From: Daphnia carinata
Taxonomy: Eukaryota
Assembly (NCBI RefSeq): GCF_022539665.2
Contig: NC_081333.1
Coordinates: 3,472,001 to 3,536,000 of the forward strand
Length of the DNA stretch: 64,000 nt
Direction: 5' to 3'
How positions within the stretch are numbered: the stretch's first letter is position 1; each line of letters begins with the position of its first letter. The notes beneath the pieces are model-generated. The model ran no database searches, was not told the DNA's origin, and saw only the letters and a list, made by a program, of their open reading frames with translations. Below, piece by piece: positions 49,941 to 62,106 of the stretch. A program made the position numbers and the translations under genes.

Positions 49941-50854
49941 ATTTCAATGTGTTCCAAAAAGGGGAATAACGAAAGTACGCTGGAAATCTACAGGTATTTA
50001 TAGGAAAAATGGGAGGGGTGCTCATGAAGTTGATGTCGCCATCCTGTTGAATTATACAGCCTTGGCCTGTGGAACGATGGAAAAGGGCACCCATGCGTTG
50101 TTCCAAGATTGTTGCAACTTTGATGGAACACAAAAGATTAAAAAGACAAACACTTTGGCTTTTCAAATGCAACAGGCCTTTCGTCATGGTCGTACGGCCG
50201 ATCGGGCCGTTTATCTTCTTGTTGCATAACATGTACAGACAAATCAGCTGTTATCAGTCGGCTCTTTTCGTTAACTAAACTCAACTGAGCTCTATCAGTA
50301 TGTCATTGGGTTTCACGAGGAAACACATCATTTGACATCTGACAATTTGTTTGGCCAAAAACGACATCTAATTTTTCAGCCATACTTTTTATAGGGATAT
50401 GCGTATTTTTAGATTCGAGTTCTTTTGAGAAATAACAGAGGTATGTCAAATATCTATTTTGTACGAACATCAACACAACCTGTTGCATCAATCAGGGAAA
50501 CGACCGCTAAATGAGAAACGGTGGCGATTAAGCCATAAATGCTTTTAGTTAATCGCCATAATGGGCCAATAGCCAAAATACAATTCTATTGCTTTTGGTG
50601 ATGAAACTTCAAATACCTTTTGAATTGCTCAAAAGGCAGAAAAGCCCCTATCCCAGTACTACGAGCCCTGTCTTAAACATATCAGATGTCCCCTTCTATT
50701 TTCATTTATTTATTTCTGTACCAATAGCGCAATTCAACTCTAATGGACTTTCAAAATGGTTTAGGGATTTCATCTTTCTATTTCAGTTTTGGGAATCCCC
50801 TTTTGTACGTTACTGATGCTGATGATGTCATCCCTCTCTCAATGGTTCAACCGA

Positions 50855-50870
50855 GGCCAAGGTTTGCGTG
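50855..50870 (+). promoter_or_regulatory. GGCCAAGGTTTGCGTG upstream motif
   Basis: About 65 bp upstream of TATATAAA (50935). Confidence 0.6.
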
Positions 50871-50999
50871 AGACTCACAGAGGAACGACGTCCAGTACCT
50901 CACAGGCCGTTCAGATCGTCCCTTATGCTCCTTCTATATAAACCGAGTCCAGTTCCAAACACTTTCATCAGTTGCTCCACCAACAATCGACAGTGCAAC

Positions 51000-53935
51000 A
51001 TGCTCAGTCTCACTGTAAGTTCTTCAGTTTTCAAAACAACAACATGTTTTGAACAAAAGCATTTTTTTGGAGCGATCGGTTCATGATTTAATGTTTTATT
51101 ATTTTGTTTTAATTGCAGAAAGTATTCGTTTTCGTTTGTTTCGTGGCCGCTGCTGTGGCTAATGGATATAGCAACGATGGATACCCTCCTTATGAAAAGG
51201 AAAATAAACAGCCATACAATGGCAATGGATACCAACCTTACAACGCTGGACCAAGTTATGACACTCCATCAAATGGCAAGCATTCAACCTATGGGACCGA
51301 CGCTTATGACACTGGAATCAACTATGGAACTCCACAAAAGTCGAAAGATATGACTTACGAAGCTGACTCTTACAGCACTGGACCTGACTATGGCACACCA
51401 CGAAAAGCCTACGGTACTGATTCATACGGCTCAGGATCCTACGATGGCACTCAATCCAATGGAAAGGGTTCCTCGTATGGAACTGACTCTTATGCCCCGA
51501 AACCCACCTACGTAGCTCCATCCAAGGAAAAAGCTTCGACCTATGCGGATGAGTCTTATGGCACCGGACTCAGCTATTCCACTCCATCAAATGGAAAAGG
51601 TACTTCATATGGGGTTGCCTCTTACAGCACAGAAGCCAGCTATGGCTCGTCAGAAAAGGCAAAAGCTACGACCTACGGAGGAGACTCTTACGGATCAGAG
51701 CCCGACTATAGCACTCAATCCAATGGAAAAGGTTCCTCATATGAGCCTCACCCTTACATGCCAAAGCCCAACTACGAAGTTCCACCAAAGCCGAAAGCTC
51801 CGACCTACGGCACTGTTTCTTATGGCACTGGACGTGACTATAGTACATCCCAAAAAGCAAAGGCTTCGACTTACGGAGCTGGCTCTTATGCCACTGTACC
51901 CAGCTATGACACTCCAGCAAAAGGCTCGGCCTACGGAGATGATTCTTACAGTTCAGGATCCAGCTATGGAGCTTCAGGAAAGGCAAAAGCTTCGACCTAC
52001 GTAGCTGACTCTTATAGCTCAGGAGCCGACTATGGCACTCGATCCGGTGAAAAAGGTTCGTCGTTTGTAACTGATTCTTATGTCCCCAAATCCACCTACG
52101 TAGCTCCAGCCAAAGGAAAAGCCTCGACCTATGAGCCTTATGCCACTGGACCCAGCTATTCCACTCCATCAAATGGAAAAGGCACCTCATATGAGACTGA
52201 CTCTTATACCACAGGACCCAGCTATGATACTTCATCAAAGGGCAAAGGTTCGAACTACGGAACTGGTTCTTACAGCTCAGGATCTGAATATGACACTCAA
52301 AACAATGGAAAAGGTCCCTCTTATGGAACTTACTCTTATGGCCCTACATCCAACTACGAAGTTCCACCAAAGGCAAAAGCTTCGACCTACAGCGCAGATT
52401 CCTATAGCACTGGATCCAGCTATCCCACCTCACAAAAGGCAAAGGCTCCAACGTACGGAACTGGTTCTTACAGCACAGGATCCAGCTACGTAGCTCCATC
52501 AACGGCGAAAGCTTCGACCTATGGTACTGGCTCTTACAGCTCAGGATCTGACTATGGTACCTCATCAGATGGAAAAGATTCGACTTATGGAGCTCCTTCT
52601 TATGCCACTGGACCCAGCTATACCACCTCACAAAAAGCGAAACCTTCGACGTACGATGCTAACTCGTACAGCACAGGATCCAACTATGGCACCTCATCTA
52701 AAGGGAAAGATTCAAACTACGGGACTGGTTCTTACAGCACAGGATCCAGCTACGTAGCTCCACCATCGGCGAAAGCTCCGGCCTACGGGGATGACTCATA
52801 CGGCCCTGCATCTGACTATGGCAAGCCAAAGGCGAAAGCTTCGACTTACGTAGCTGATGCTTACGGCAAAGGATCCGACGATGGCACTCAATACGGTGGA
52901 AAGAGTTCCTCCTATGGGACTGACACTTATGGCACAAAAACGACCTACGTAGCTCCATCCAAAGGAAAAGATTCGACTTATGGGTCTCACTCGTACAGCA
53001 CAGGATCCAGCTATGGCACTCCAGCAAATGGAAAAGTTACCTCATATGGGACTGGCTCTTATGAAACAGGACCCCGCTATGGTACACAAAAGGCAAAAGC
53101 TTCGTCCTACGTAGGTGACTCGTATAGTTCAGCATCCGACTATAACACTCAGTCCAGTGGAAAATATCCTTCAGGTGGAGCTGATTCTTACGGCGAAAAA
53201 CCAACCTACGTAGCCCCATCCAAGGGAAAAGCTCCTACCTATGCGGCTGACTCTTACAGCACAGGATCCAGCTATGACACTACATCAAAGGGCAAAGGCT
53301 CGAACTACGGGGCTGGCTCTTACAGCACAGGATCCAACTATGGCACTCAAAAGGCAAAAGCTTCGACCTACGGAGCTGGTTCTTACAGCTCAGGATCCGA
53401 CTATGACACTCAACCCAGCGGGAAATATTCTTCGGACGGAGCTGACTCTTATGGCGAAAAACAAACTTATGTAGCCCCACCCAAGGGAAAAGCTTCTACC
53501 TATGCGGCTGACTCTTACAGCACAGGATCCAGCTATGACACTACATCAAAGGGCAAAGGCTCGAACTACGGGACTAGCTCTTACAGCACAGGATCCAGCG
53601 GAAAAGGTCCCGCGTATGGAACTGACTCTTATGACACTGGATCCAACTACCAAGTTCCACCAAAGGCAAAGGCTTCGACCTACAGCGCAGATTCTTATGC
53701 CCCAGGACCCAGCTATGCCACTCCACCAAAGGGCAAAGGCTCGAACTACGGGGCTGGCTCTTACAGCACAGGATCCGGCTATGACACTCCACCAAAGGCA
53801 AAGGATTCGACCTACGGAACTGTCTCATATGGAACAGGATCCAGCTCTGGCAATTCACAAAAGGCAAAAGATGGGGCTGGCCAGTACAGCGCAGGATCCA
53901 GCTACGATGCCTCAGCAAAACGGAAAACTTATTAA
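51000..53935 (+). CDS. Large (~940 aa) secreted Ser/Gly/Tyr/Thr-rich repetitive structural protein
   Basis: Exon 1 51000-51014 (MLSLT) and exon 2 51119-53935. Signal peptide followed by tens of degenerate ~22-aa KAKASTYG(T/A)(D/G)SYSTGSSYxTPS repeats. Confidence 0.9.
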
Positions 53936-54949
53936 TCTAACTATTCTTGCAGCACGGCCATCAACAACAACTAGCTTTCCCTTTTCAACTGAGATTTATT
54001 CTTATTAATATCAAATTATGATGTATGGAAATTTGAACTGAGAAAACAAATGTTCCCAGAAATGAGAAATAAATACATAGCATTCTAATTAAAATTTGGA
54101 ACGACTTTCTTGTACCAATTTTTTGATAATCATATCTGGGCTTTAAAAATCATGAGCATTTAAAACTATTTCCAGTGTTTCATAATTACTATATACTTAT
54201 TTACCTTGGTGTACATCGTGAGCTTTAATGGATGTCATGCCAAGTAATCGATCTCATTAAAAACGTTGATGATGAAATTGAGAACACTTTATGAAATCGA
54301 ATAATCGCAACAATTATATGGCCACACATTCGTTGGGTCATCCTTTCATATGGCAAGGTGATATGATGGATTGTCATGGTCACCATTAACGTTGTCGTAT
54401 ACACCAAGCAAAGACTTGATTTACCGTATGAACACCTGTAAAATCAGGACAGGTTTCCAGATGAAAATGCACGGGCTTAGACTACGCAACCGCATGTCAT
54501 CATTAACGAACAGGCCCGACTCATGAATAACAAGTTCAAAATCCCACATTCAATTTAAGGCGACTTCGTTGGTATGTGCTAAGGTTACCTTTCGTGTTAA
54601 ATGGTAATGAAGGAATTGAAGTTGAAATGAAAATAGATTAGCAATGAAATAGAAAGAGCTCGAATAACTCCACATTCCATTAGCCATGGAAAATACAGTT
54701 GCAATATGAATTTACGAAAATTCAAATGGAATATCAGGCGATTAAATCAAATTGCATTTCGGATTAGCAAACTGTGCTTAAATTTGCATGCTGAGTGACT
54801 TTGATTCCAACTAAAACTTGTTGCTTTAAAACTTAGCCACGTAACCACTCAAACTGAAATAGCAAGATCAAACCACTATTTTCGTACTCGAATTTGCGAA
54901 AGTGCTTTTACATCAAGGGCTGAAGGGGGAGAGTTCTTTGTTCGAGTTT

Positions 54950-54964
54950 GCCAAGGTTTGCATA
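54950..54964 (+). promoter_or_regulatory. GCCAAGGTTTGCATA upstream motif
   Basis: About 87 bp upstream of TATAAATA (55051). Confidence 0.6.
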
Positions 54965-55116
54965 ATTTTCATGACAAAAATAAGTGACACCATCAATGCC
55001 ATTAGCTTCCCACCGGCTTGTTTCGTTCGTTGGTTTGTGTTCCACCTTCTTATAAATACTGACCGTAGCCGAGTCTGTAATCATCAGTTCACTCCAACAG
55101 CAATCAACAGCTCACC

Positions 55117-55607
55117 ATGGCCAAGTTCGCTGTAAGTTAACTTTACTTCATACCAGTCTATTCTTGCTGCAAAGACATTATCTTTGAATAGCATTTTTCT
55201 TCTTGTTTTTATTCACTATTGTATGGTTCACCTGTTTCTTCCAGATTTCGTTTGTTCTCTTCTCTCTTGTGGCTGTTGCCTTGGCAAACGGTGGGTATGG
55301 TCGTGGATCCTCGTACAGTAGCGGTGGATCCATGTACGGTAGCGGTGGACCCTCGTATCGTAGCGGTGGATCTTCGTATCATAGCGGTGGATCCTCGTAT
55401 GGTAGCGGTGGATCTTCGTATCGTAGCAGTAGATCCTCGTATGGTAGCGGTGGATACCAGAAAGCTGGATACAACAATGGCGGATCTTACAATGGCGGAT
55501 CTTACAATGGCGGATACAACGGCGGATACAACGGTGGCAGCCAATCTTACGGTAACAATGGCTACTCGTCCCCGAATTACGGATCCAACAAACCCTACCA
55601 CGGCTAA
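55117..55607 (+). CDS. Secreted Gly/Ser/Tyr-rich structural protein
   Basis: Exon 1 55117-55131 (MAKFA) and exon 2 55245-55607; SGGSSY and YNGG repeats. Confidence 0.88.
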
Positions 55608-55878
55608 ATTCACTGCAACTCCATTTCGACTCAACTTTGCCAGTCCGACCAGCTGATGATCGATTTCAAGAATTTTATCTTCTCCAATTGGTTATAGATG
55701 AAGTCGTCCCAGACTTTCAAGTACATGTCTCCCAAAGAACGAAAACATTTTGAAAAAATCCTTTTTTGTTTGTCTATGGTGAAATAAACAAGGGCAGCAT
55801 AAAAAGCAAATCAGATTTCGTCATCTCACATTTACTTCTATACACAAATAGCATAAAACGTACAATAACTTTTAGCAC

Positions 55879-55945
55879 GAAAAGTCGGGTTTGAAAAGTC
55901 GGGCTTAAAAAGTTGGGCTTAGAAAGTCGGGCTTAAAAACTCGAC
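55879..55945. repeat. Short tandem repeat (~14 bp AAAAGTCGGGCTT-like, ~5 copies)
   Basis: gaaaagtcgggttt gaaaagtcgggctt aaaaagttgggctt agaaagtcgggctt aaaaactcg; possibly a transposon-end relic. Confidence 0.7.
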
Positions 55946-56851
55946 CTTGTTTCACCCATAGGGGGTTTAAAAATTCGGTTTCTAAATGGAAGGTGCCTTA
56001 ATTTATCGGAAGATAGATTGTTATTAGATGGCAGAACATCATCTCTATAAAATTAATGAAAAAAATGGTATACCAGAAAACAAGGGTCTATAAATAAATG
56101 AGCCAAAGGGCGTTCGGTAGCATACCATTTTTGTCCTATGCTCTCGTTACCTGAGATGCCCTATCGATTTCATAATGACGGTCGAAGCACTCGCTGTTGT
56201 TAGATATTTTTATAAAGGTTCTTTGATATTGCATTGGTTTTATTCCTATTCTTGATTTCGATCGCAATGAAAACGAGATTCGTTAATTGAAAAGGGAAAG
56301 TCTCATGCTAGTAAGACCTGCTGGAAATAGAACAGATCAAACTGAAGTTCAACGTGGCCAGAAAAAGAGCTTTGGACATTCTCGAAACTTCGTTTTCATA
56401 AATGGTGTTGCAGGTGATTAACTTACGAAAACACACCTTTTTCGCTCAACCACTAATCAATAAGATATGTCAAAAAAGGTTAGATGACTACGTGCTTAAT
56501 ACTGAAGTATTATTTTATCAACCAGCAATTCCGTGTACACAGGTGTTGGTGCTGTGTTGAAACTCTTGCCGACCTTGAAATGGCATTTGGTCATTCAGTT
56601 ACGTTTAAATATTGAACTTTTACATAAGCATGTGTCGAAGTTTTTAAACCAAATTTTATCAAATGGAACGTCAGGGAAGATCGTTACTCAACATAAAGGC
56701 TTTTAACGGGAATTGCGAAGAAGGACATTTTTGAAAAAAACATCCAGTATAATTTAAAGGCAAAGAGGTTTTCTCCATTGAACTTGCGAAACCAATCTGT
56801 ACACGTTTGGTGGAGCTGATGTAGTGCTCCTAATATCAGTCGTTCAACTCA

Positions 56852-56867
56852 GGCCAAGGTTTGCATG
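56852..56867 (+). promoter_or_regulatory. GGCCAAGGTTTGCATG upstream motif
   Basis: About 84 bp upstream of TATAAATA (56951). Confidence 0.6.
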
Positions 56868-57014
56868 ATTTTCAAAAGTAGGAGGGCGATATCAATGTCA
56901 TTTAAAGCTTCATGTTCGATTGTTGCGATCTTGTGTCTCCTGTTTTTCCGTATAAATAGCGACCGTAGCCGAGCCATGATCATCAGTTGTTCCAGCAACA
57001 TTCGACTATTCAAC

Positions 57015-57536
57015 ATGGCAAAGTTCGCTGTAAGTAATCCATCGATTTTCAATGCACCTTTGTTGTATTCGATGAATTTCATCTTCAGATTTAATTGCGG
57101 TTTTTCGATTTTCATTTTTTTATATTGTAATGGTTTGTGATGGCAGACTTTCTTCGTACTCCTTGCTCTTGCCGCAGTCGCCATGGCCAATGGTGGATAC
57201 CCCAGTGATGGATACGGTAAAGGCCGATCTTCGATGGGTGGATACCACAATGGCGGATACTCTGATGGTGGATACAATAAAGGCCCGTATTCAAAGGGTG
57301 GATACCAAAATGGCGGATACTCTGATGGTGGATACGGTAAAAGGCCGATGGATGGATACAAAGGCAACAACGGCTACTCAGACGGCGGTTACACTCCATA
57401 TTCCGTTAAAGGTGGTAGCTACCCGTCAACACCTTACGGCAACAACGGCTACTCACACGGCGGTTACACTCCATATTCCGGTAAAGGTGATAGCTACCCG
57501 TCTTACCATGCCCCAAACAGATACCCAAGCTATTAA
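57015..57536 (+). CDS. Secreted Gly/Tyr-rich structural protein (GGY repeats)
   Basis: Exon 1 57015-57029 (MAKFA) and exon 2 57147-57536; NGGYSDGGY repeats. Confidence 0.88.
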
Positions 57537-60204
57537 ATTTTTCAATGACTCCGGCACTATCAAAGATAACTTCTTAAAATTTGAAATTGCATTCGTTCTT
57601 TTACCGATTTAATTTAAAAGTATTGGAAAATCCATTGATGTCAGTGTTGTCAAATCCCCATATTTTTAGACACTGAACAGATGAATAAAATAGCATTCAA
57701 AAACCATTTGTAGCACTCTACATCATTGTCATCTTTTAGACATTCCATAGAAGAGGTTTAACGGTTTTTGATTCTAAAAATGTTATTAGAAAATGAGGAA
57801 AACGAGTTATGGTAGTTCTTTTATTATTAATTTGCATGAAACCCGACAATGGACACAATCAAAGAAATTAAAACGATAAACTGTTGGACAAATCGTCATT
57901 ATATTGGTGCAATTGCTCTTGATTGATCATCAACAGGCATTCAGACAGCAGACCGCACGTTAACTAATAAAAGATCGATCATGTTTATAAGAAACACAAC
58001 ACATACACGCGCACTTTTACAACAAAAGACAATCGAACAAAGCCGACCACACGGGATTTAAATTGCCCACCAGATGAGAACTAGTCCCCCTGAAAAAGTT
58101 AATGTTTTTCCCCGTTTTCTAAATTTTTTTTCCCATCAAAATTAGAAATTGTTTTTAGATGTGAATGTATACAAATATGTCTATAAAAAGCACTGGGTTC
58201 GCGGTTTTTTTGTTTTGTTAAATCCAAAATAAGTTGGCCGAATTTGATTTTCCTGTACATAATTTGAATATTTTTTTTTGCCAAAAGAAATCGATTAGAA
58301 TGAAAAAAAAAATGTAAATGTGTGTGGGTTCAGAATTTGGAACAACACACAAGAAATCATTGGGTTAAAAGAGCTTAGGTTTAGGTTGCTTTTTGAGACA
58401 CATTCGTCCATATTTGTTTTTCATAGGAGAGAAAACAAAACACGTCTAACGTACAAATTTCTTGGTCCATATGACGTGAAGTGTGAAGAGAAAATTGTTA
58501 ATTGCGCTAGACATGAAAATAAGGAAAGGTAGAAAAAAATGTGGGTCTGTTTTTTTTTTGGGTCCCTCTTTTTAGAGGCCACCACATTATGCAAGAAATA
58601 ATTTGTGTTACAAAAGAAAACATACACATTGTGTTAAACAGCCGCATCACTCGCACATGAAAAACAAAACTCGACGAAGAGAACTGGAGCTTTTTGGTGC
58701 ACATAACTGGGATAGTGTTTTATCATTCTTTTTACTTTTGCCAAAATCGTAATTTTACGTATGAAGACGAAACAATTTTTTTTTCAAAGACACTTTAAAG
58801 AAATCCAAATTTCATTTTTTTAGGAGGGGATGTTTGCGAGAAGCGAAAATAATAAAAAACAAAAAAAACGTTGCAGGCATCGAAGTTTAAAGCTATTCGA
58901 TTGTTGTGATTGGAGGGTCCGAAACATTTTCAATTTTGGTTCATGTGCTTATTACAAACGAAAAGAAAAAAGGAGAAATAAAAAGAGATCTTCCAAAAAC
59001 TGCTACGCAAACTGTTGCGCGTTTTTAAAAAAAAATCCTGTTTTTCTTTTTTCATATCTAAAAATGGATCATATGTTTTCTCAAACGGGATCATTACACA
59101 GCATCTAAATACTCTTGAAATGCACAAACAAAAATGCAACTTAGAATTTTCACGGGGTCGTTAACAGGCTTCTACAGCGTCTGTGTCGATTAGAATTTTT
59201 CTTGATTAAAACACACACACCAAAGCACGCACGCACGAAAGGAAAAGTTGAAAAAAAAAATAAACTTCTTCTTTAGATCAAGTCAAAGTGAAACAATATT
59301 CCAAAAGAAAGTAAATGATTCTGTCTTTTTAAAAATTTCAAAACAAAAAAAAAAATGAAAATTAAATGTTTAGGATCTTTTTTTTAGGAAAGGAATTGTT
59401 AACCTGAATGGTGTCATTGCACACTTGATTCTTTTTTCTTTTTTTTAGGATTGGAACACGAATTTTGCACAAAAAAAAATTAATTTCCAAAAATGATTTC
59501 TTTTTTTTCACAACGAGACGAGCCTTTGGTAGGAAGTGTGAACATGACCGAGGATCTTTAGCACGCAAAGTGAAACAAATAGTTTTTGTTTTTCGTCGCA
59601 ATAGAAAGACAACTAAAGCCATTCGTACTATAAAAAAAAAAAAAATTAAATTAAAAAAAGAAGGTGGCCGACAAATGAAATGGATCCTCTGGCACAACGT
59701 CTTTTGAAGCGAGTGATGGGGCGAGGGTGATGAATAAAGGCTTTCTTTTTCCTATACTGAACCCGATTCGCGCACCATAAAAAAAAAAGAATTAAAAACA
59801 TTTTCTTTATCCAACAATTGATAAAGATTTTGGTCATCTTGCACACGATATTGCACGCGTCCACGCCCGTCAATCGACGATGTAACGAAAAAGCTACGAT
59901 TCAAAGCAGGAATTTTCCACCCTCAAGTATGAAATGAAATCATTTCTAATCGGGGGGAAATTGCCGAAAGAAACACGCACGTTATTCTTTAAAACGAATT
60001 TAAATCTAAAAAAGAATGTCCTTAATTAGCACACGAAATATTTCATTTGGCGACAATAAAAAGGGCGAAGAAAAGACGCTGAAAAAAGGAAGAATGAAAG
60101 TGTGTTGAGTGAAGATGTGTTGATAATTCTGCTGATGTTGGAGGCACTAACTTGTTTTGTTTTGAAGGTTTGTTGTTGTTTTAATTCAACACAATCGACG
60201 TTTG

Positions 60205-62106
60205 TCAAGAAGATTGGGCTGCCGATGAATGACCCACCACCATTTCACCCACTTGCTGGGCGAAATTGAGTAGCGTCTCCGAAGCGGATTCGACGCTACT
60301 ACGACTGCTGGAACGATTAGAAGCAGCTGCCGCTGTACTGCGAGTCGATCGCTGTTGACGGCCGCGAGTCGAGTTGGAATTAGTTCCACCTTGCCGGAAG
60401 AGCGATAGTTCTTGTAACGCCTGTGGACTGAGCAAATTGGGAACGGTCGGTGAGGGTAAGTCAGACTGCTGGCCTGATTGTGAAGTGGCTGTCGAAGAGA
60501 TAGTCAATCCGCGTTGAGACAGGGAGAGTAGCGAAAAATAGTTCATATCGCCGTAAGGTAAACCGGGTGATGGAGTAGTGGTCCTATTCGATCCGTTGGG
60601 CGATTGGGGTGGACCCGAACGTGCCGGAGCTCCAGGGAAAGCGAACTGGCCCATGCCCGTCATTTCGACAGAAGTTGGTGTCGGTGTCGAACTGGAGGCG
60701 GATGATGTGCTGGGTGTAGTGACTGGTTGCTCTTCGTTCTTCTTGGCTGCGATTTTCTTCGGACGGCCGACAATCATTTTACCACCAGTATCTCTCAGTC
60801 GGTGTCGGTCCATATGAAGTTTCAGTTTGTCTTGACGGGAAAAGGTCTTCTGACATCGGAGGCACTCGAACGGTCGTTCGCCAGTGTGAACACGTCGATG
60901 TCGTTTAAGATGAGCAGAGCGGGCGAAAGGTGCCGAGCAAATGTCGCAGCGAAAAGGTTTCTCTCCAGTGTGGGCCCGGATGTGAGCTCGTAGTTCGGCA
61001 GTCCGTTTGCAGTCCTTGAAACAAAACGGGCAAACGGCCTGGACTACGACCCCACCGGCGCCACTCTGGTCGGAATCGGCCAACATCGAAAACGGATATT
61101 GATCGGGATTAACAGCGTCATCCTCCTCTTCTTCGTCGTCTTCATCAGCCCCTTGGTGCGACTGGTTGAGCTCTGGAGCCTCACATTTGACATGCACAGG
61201 AACTGGCGAGGCAGATTTTTTCTTATCAGACTGCTGACCACTGGGAACTTCATTCTCTTCGTCACTGGCACCAATGTCACCGTTACTCAGATCTAACGGT
61301 GTTGGTGGTGTCAAACGCTGGTCCATTATTTCGTTTTTCTATTGTTTAGAGGGATTAAGAAATAATTACCAAGATCAGGAAGGTAAAGGTTTGAACTATA
61401 TGATTACCTGTTCGTTATTCGTTTGTGAGTGATCGGTTTCATCGAAATCGGAATCCATTTCTTCATTATCCAATTCCTCTTCTTTGGTCACCTGTTTTGG
61501 AATATTCAAATCAGCAAAAAAATAAACATCAAAATATAAAGCTTAATTAAGGATTAGAATTACAGTTTGTGTGGGTTTCTTGGTTTTGCCATTGACTGAT
61601 GGAGAATGTGGAGGGCTGTGAAACCCATTGGCAGGTCCATTACTATTCCTCCTCTTGCGGTTTTCAGTCTCACTGGGTTTGTTCTCTTCATAGGGTCTGT
61701 CTAATTTGTCAGAAAGTCCTCGGATTTCCAACAGCCTGGCTGTTTTAAGTAGAGAAGGCAGTCTGGCTTCAGGAACATGAATTTCTCCACGGTAGATGAA
61801 CTGCAGGATGAAATCCATCTCTGTGTAAGAGACATCCCTCATGATGATGACTGGGTTCTTTGAACCAGTCTCGTGGAGAACACGCTTGAAATAGGTGGAA
61901 CAGGCAGAGAGCATGACCTTGTGGGCCTTGAGTGATCCTCCTTCACATGCAAGGGTCACGTCGACAAAGAGCTGCTGTTCGAGAAGGCTCTCAAACAGCT
62001 GCTGCAAGCTCTCCACATGGCTGTTCCATCGCAAACGCAGGACACTGTCGTCCTCTGTCGATCCTCCCCCTTCATCCCGGTTGTTGCTGGTGGCCTGATG
62101 GGCCAT
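60205..62106 (-). CDS. Tramtrack-type BTB/POZ plus three C2H2 zinc-finger transcription factor
   Basis: Exons ~62106-61564, 61491-61408 and 61338-60205. BTB: LRWNSH...[25 protein letters not shown]...FIYRGEI. Fingers: CPFC...[16 protein letters not shown]...[16 protein letters not shown]...HMDRH. Confidence 0.92.

Noticed and set aside
38237..57612. Many overlapping alternative-frame and antisense ORFs over the Tyr/Gly-rich genes
   Set aside because: Shadows of repetitive, biased codon usage; only one frame per gene has a signal peptide, micro exon and promoter.
57800..60200. Short Lys/Phe-rich ORFs downstream of the BTB-ZF gene
   Set aside because: They arise from A/T homopolymer runs; probably 3' UTR or intergenic DNA.
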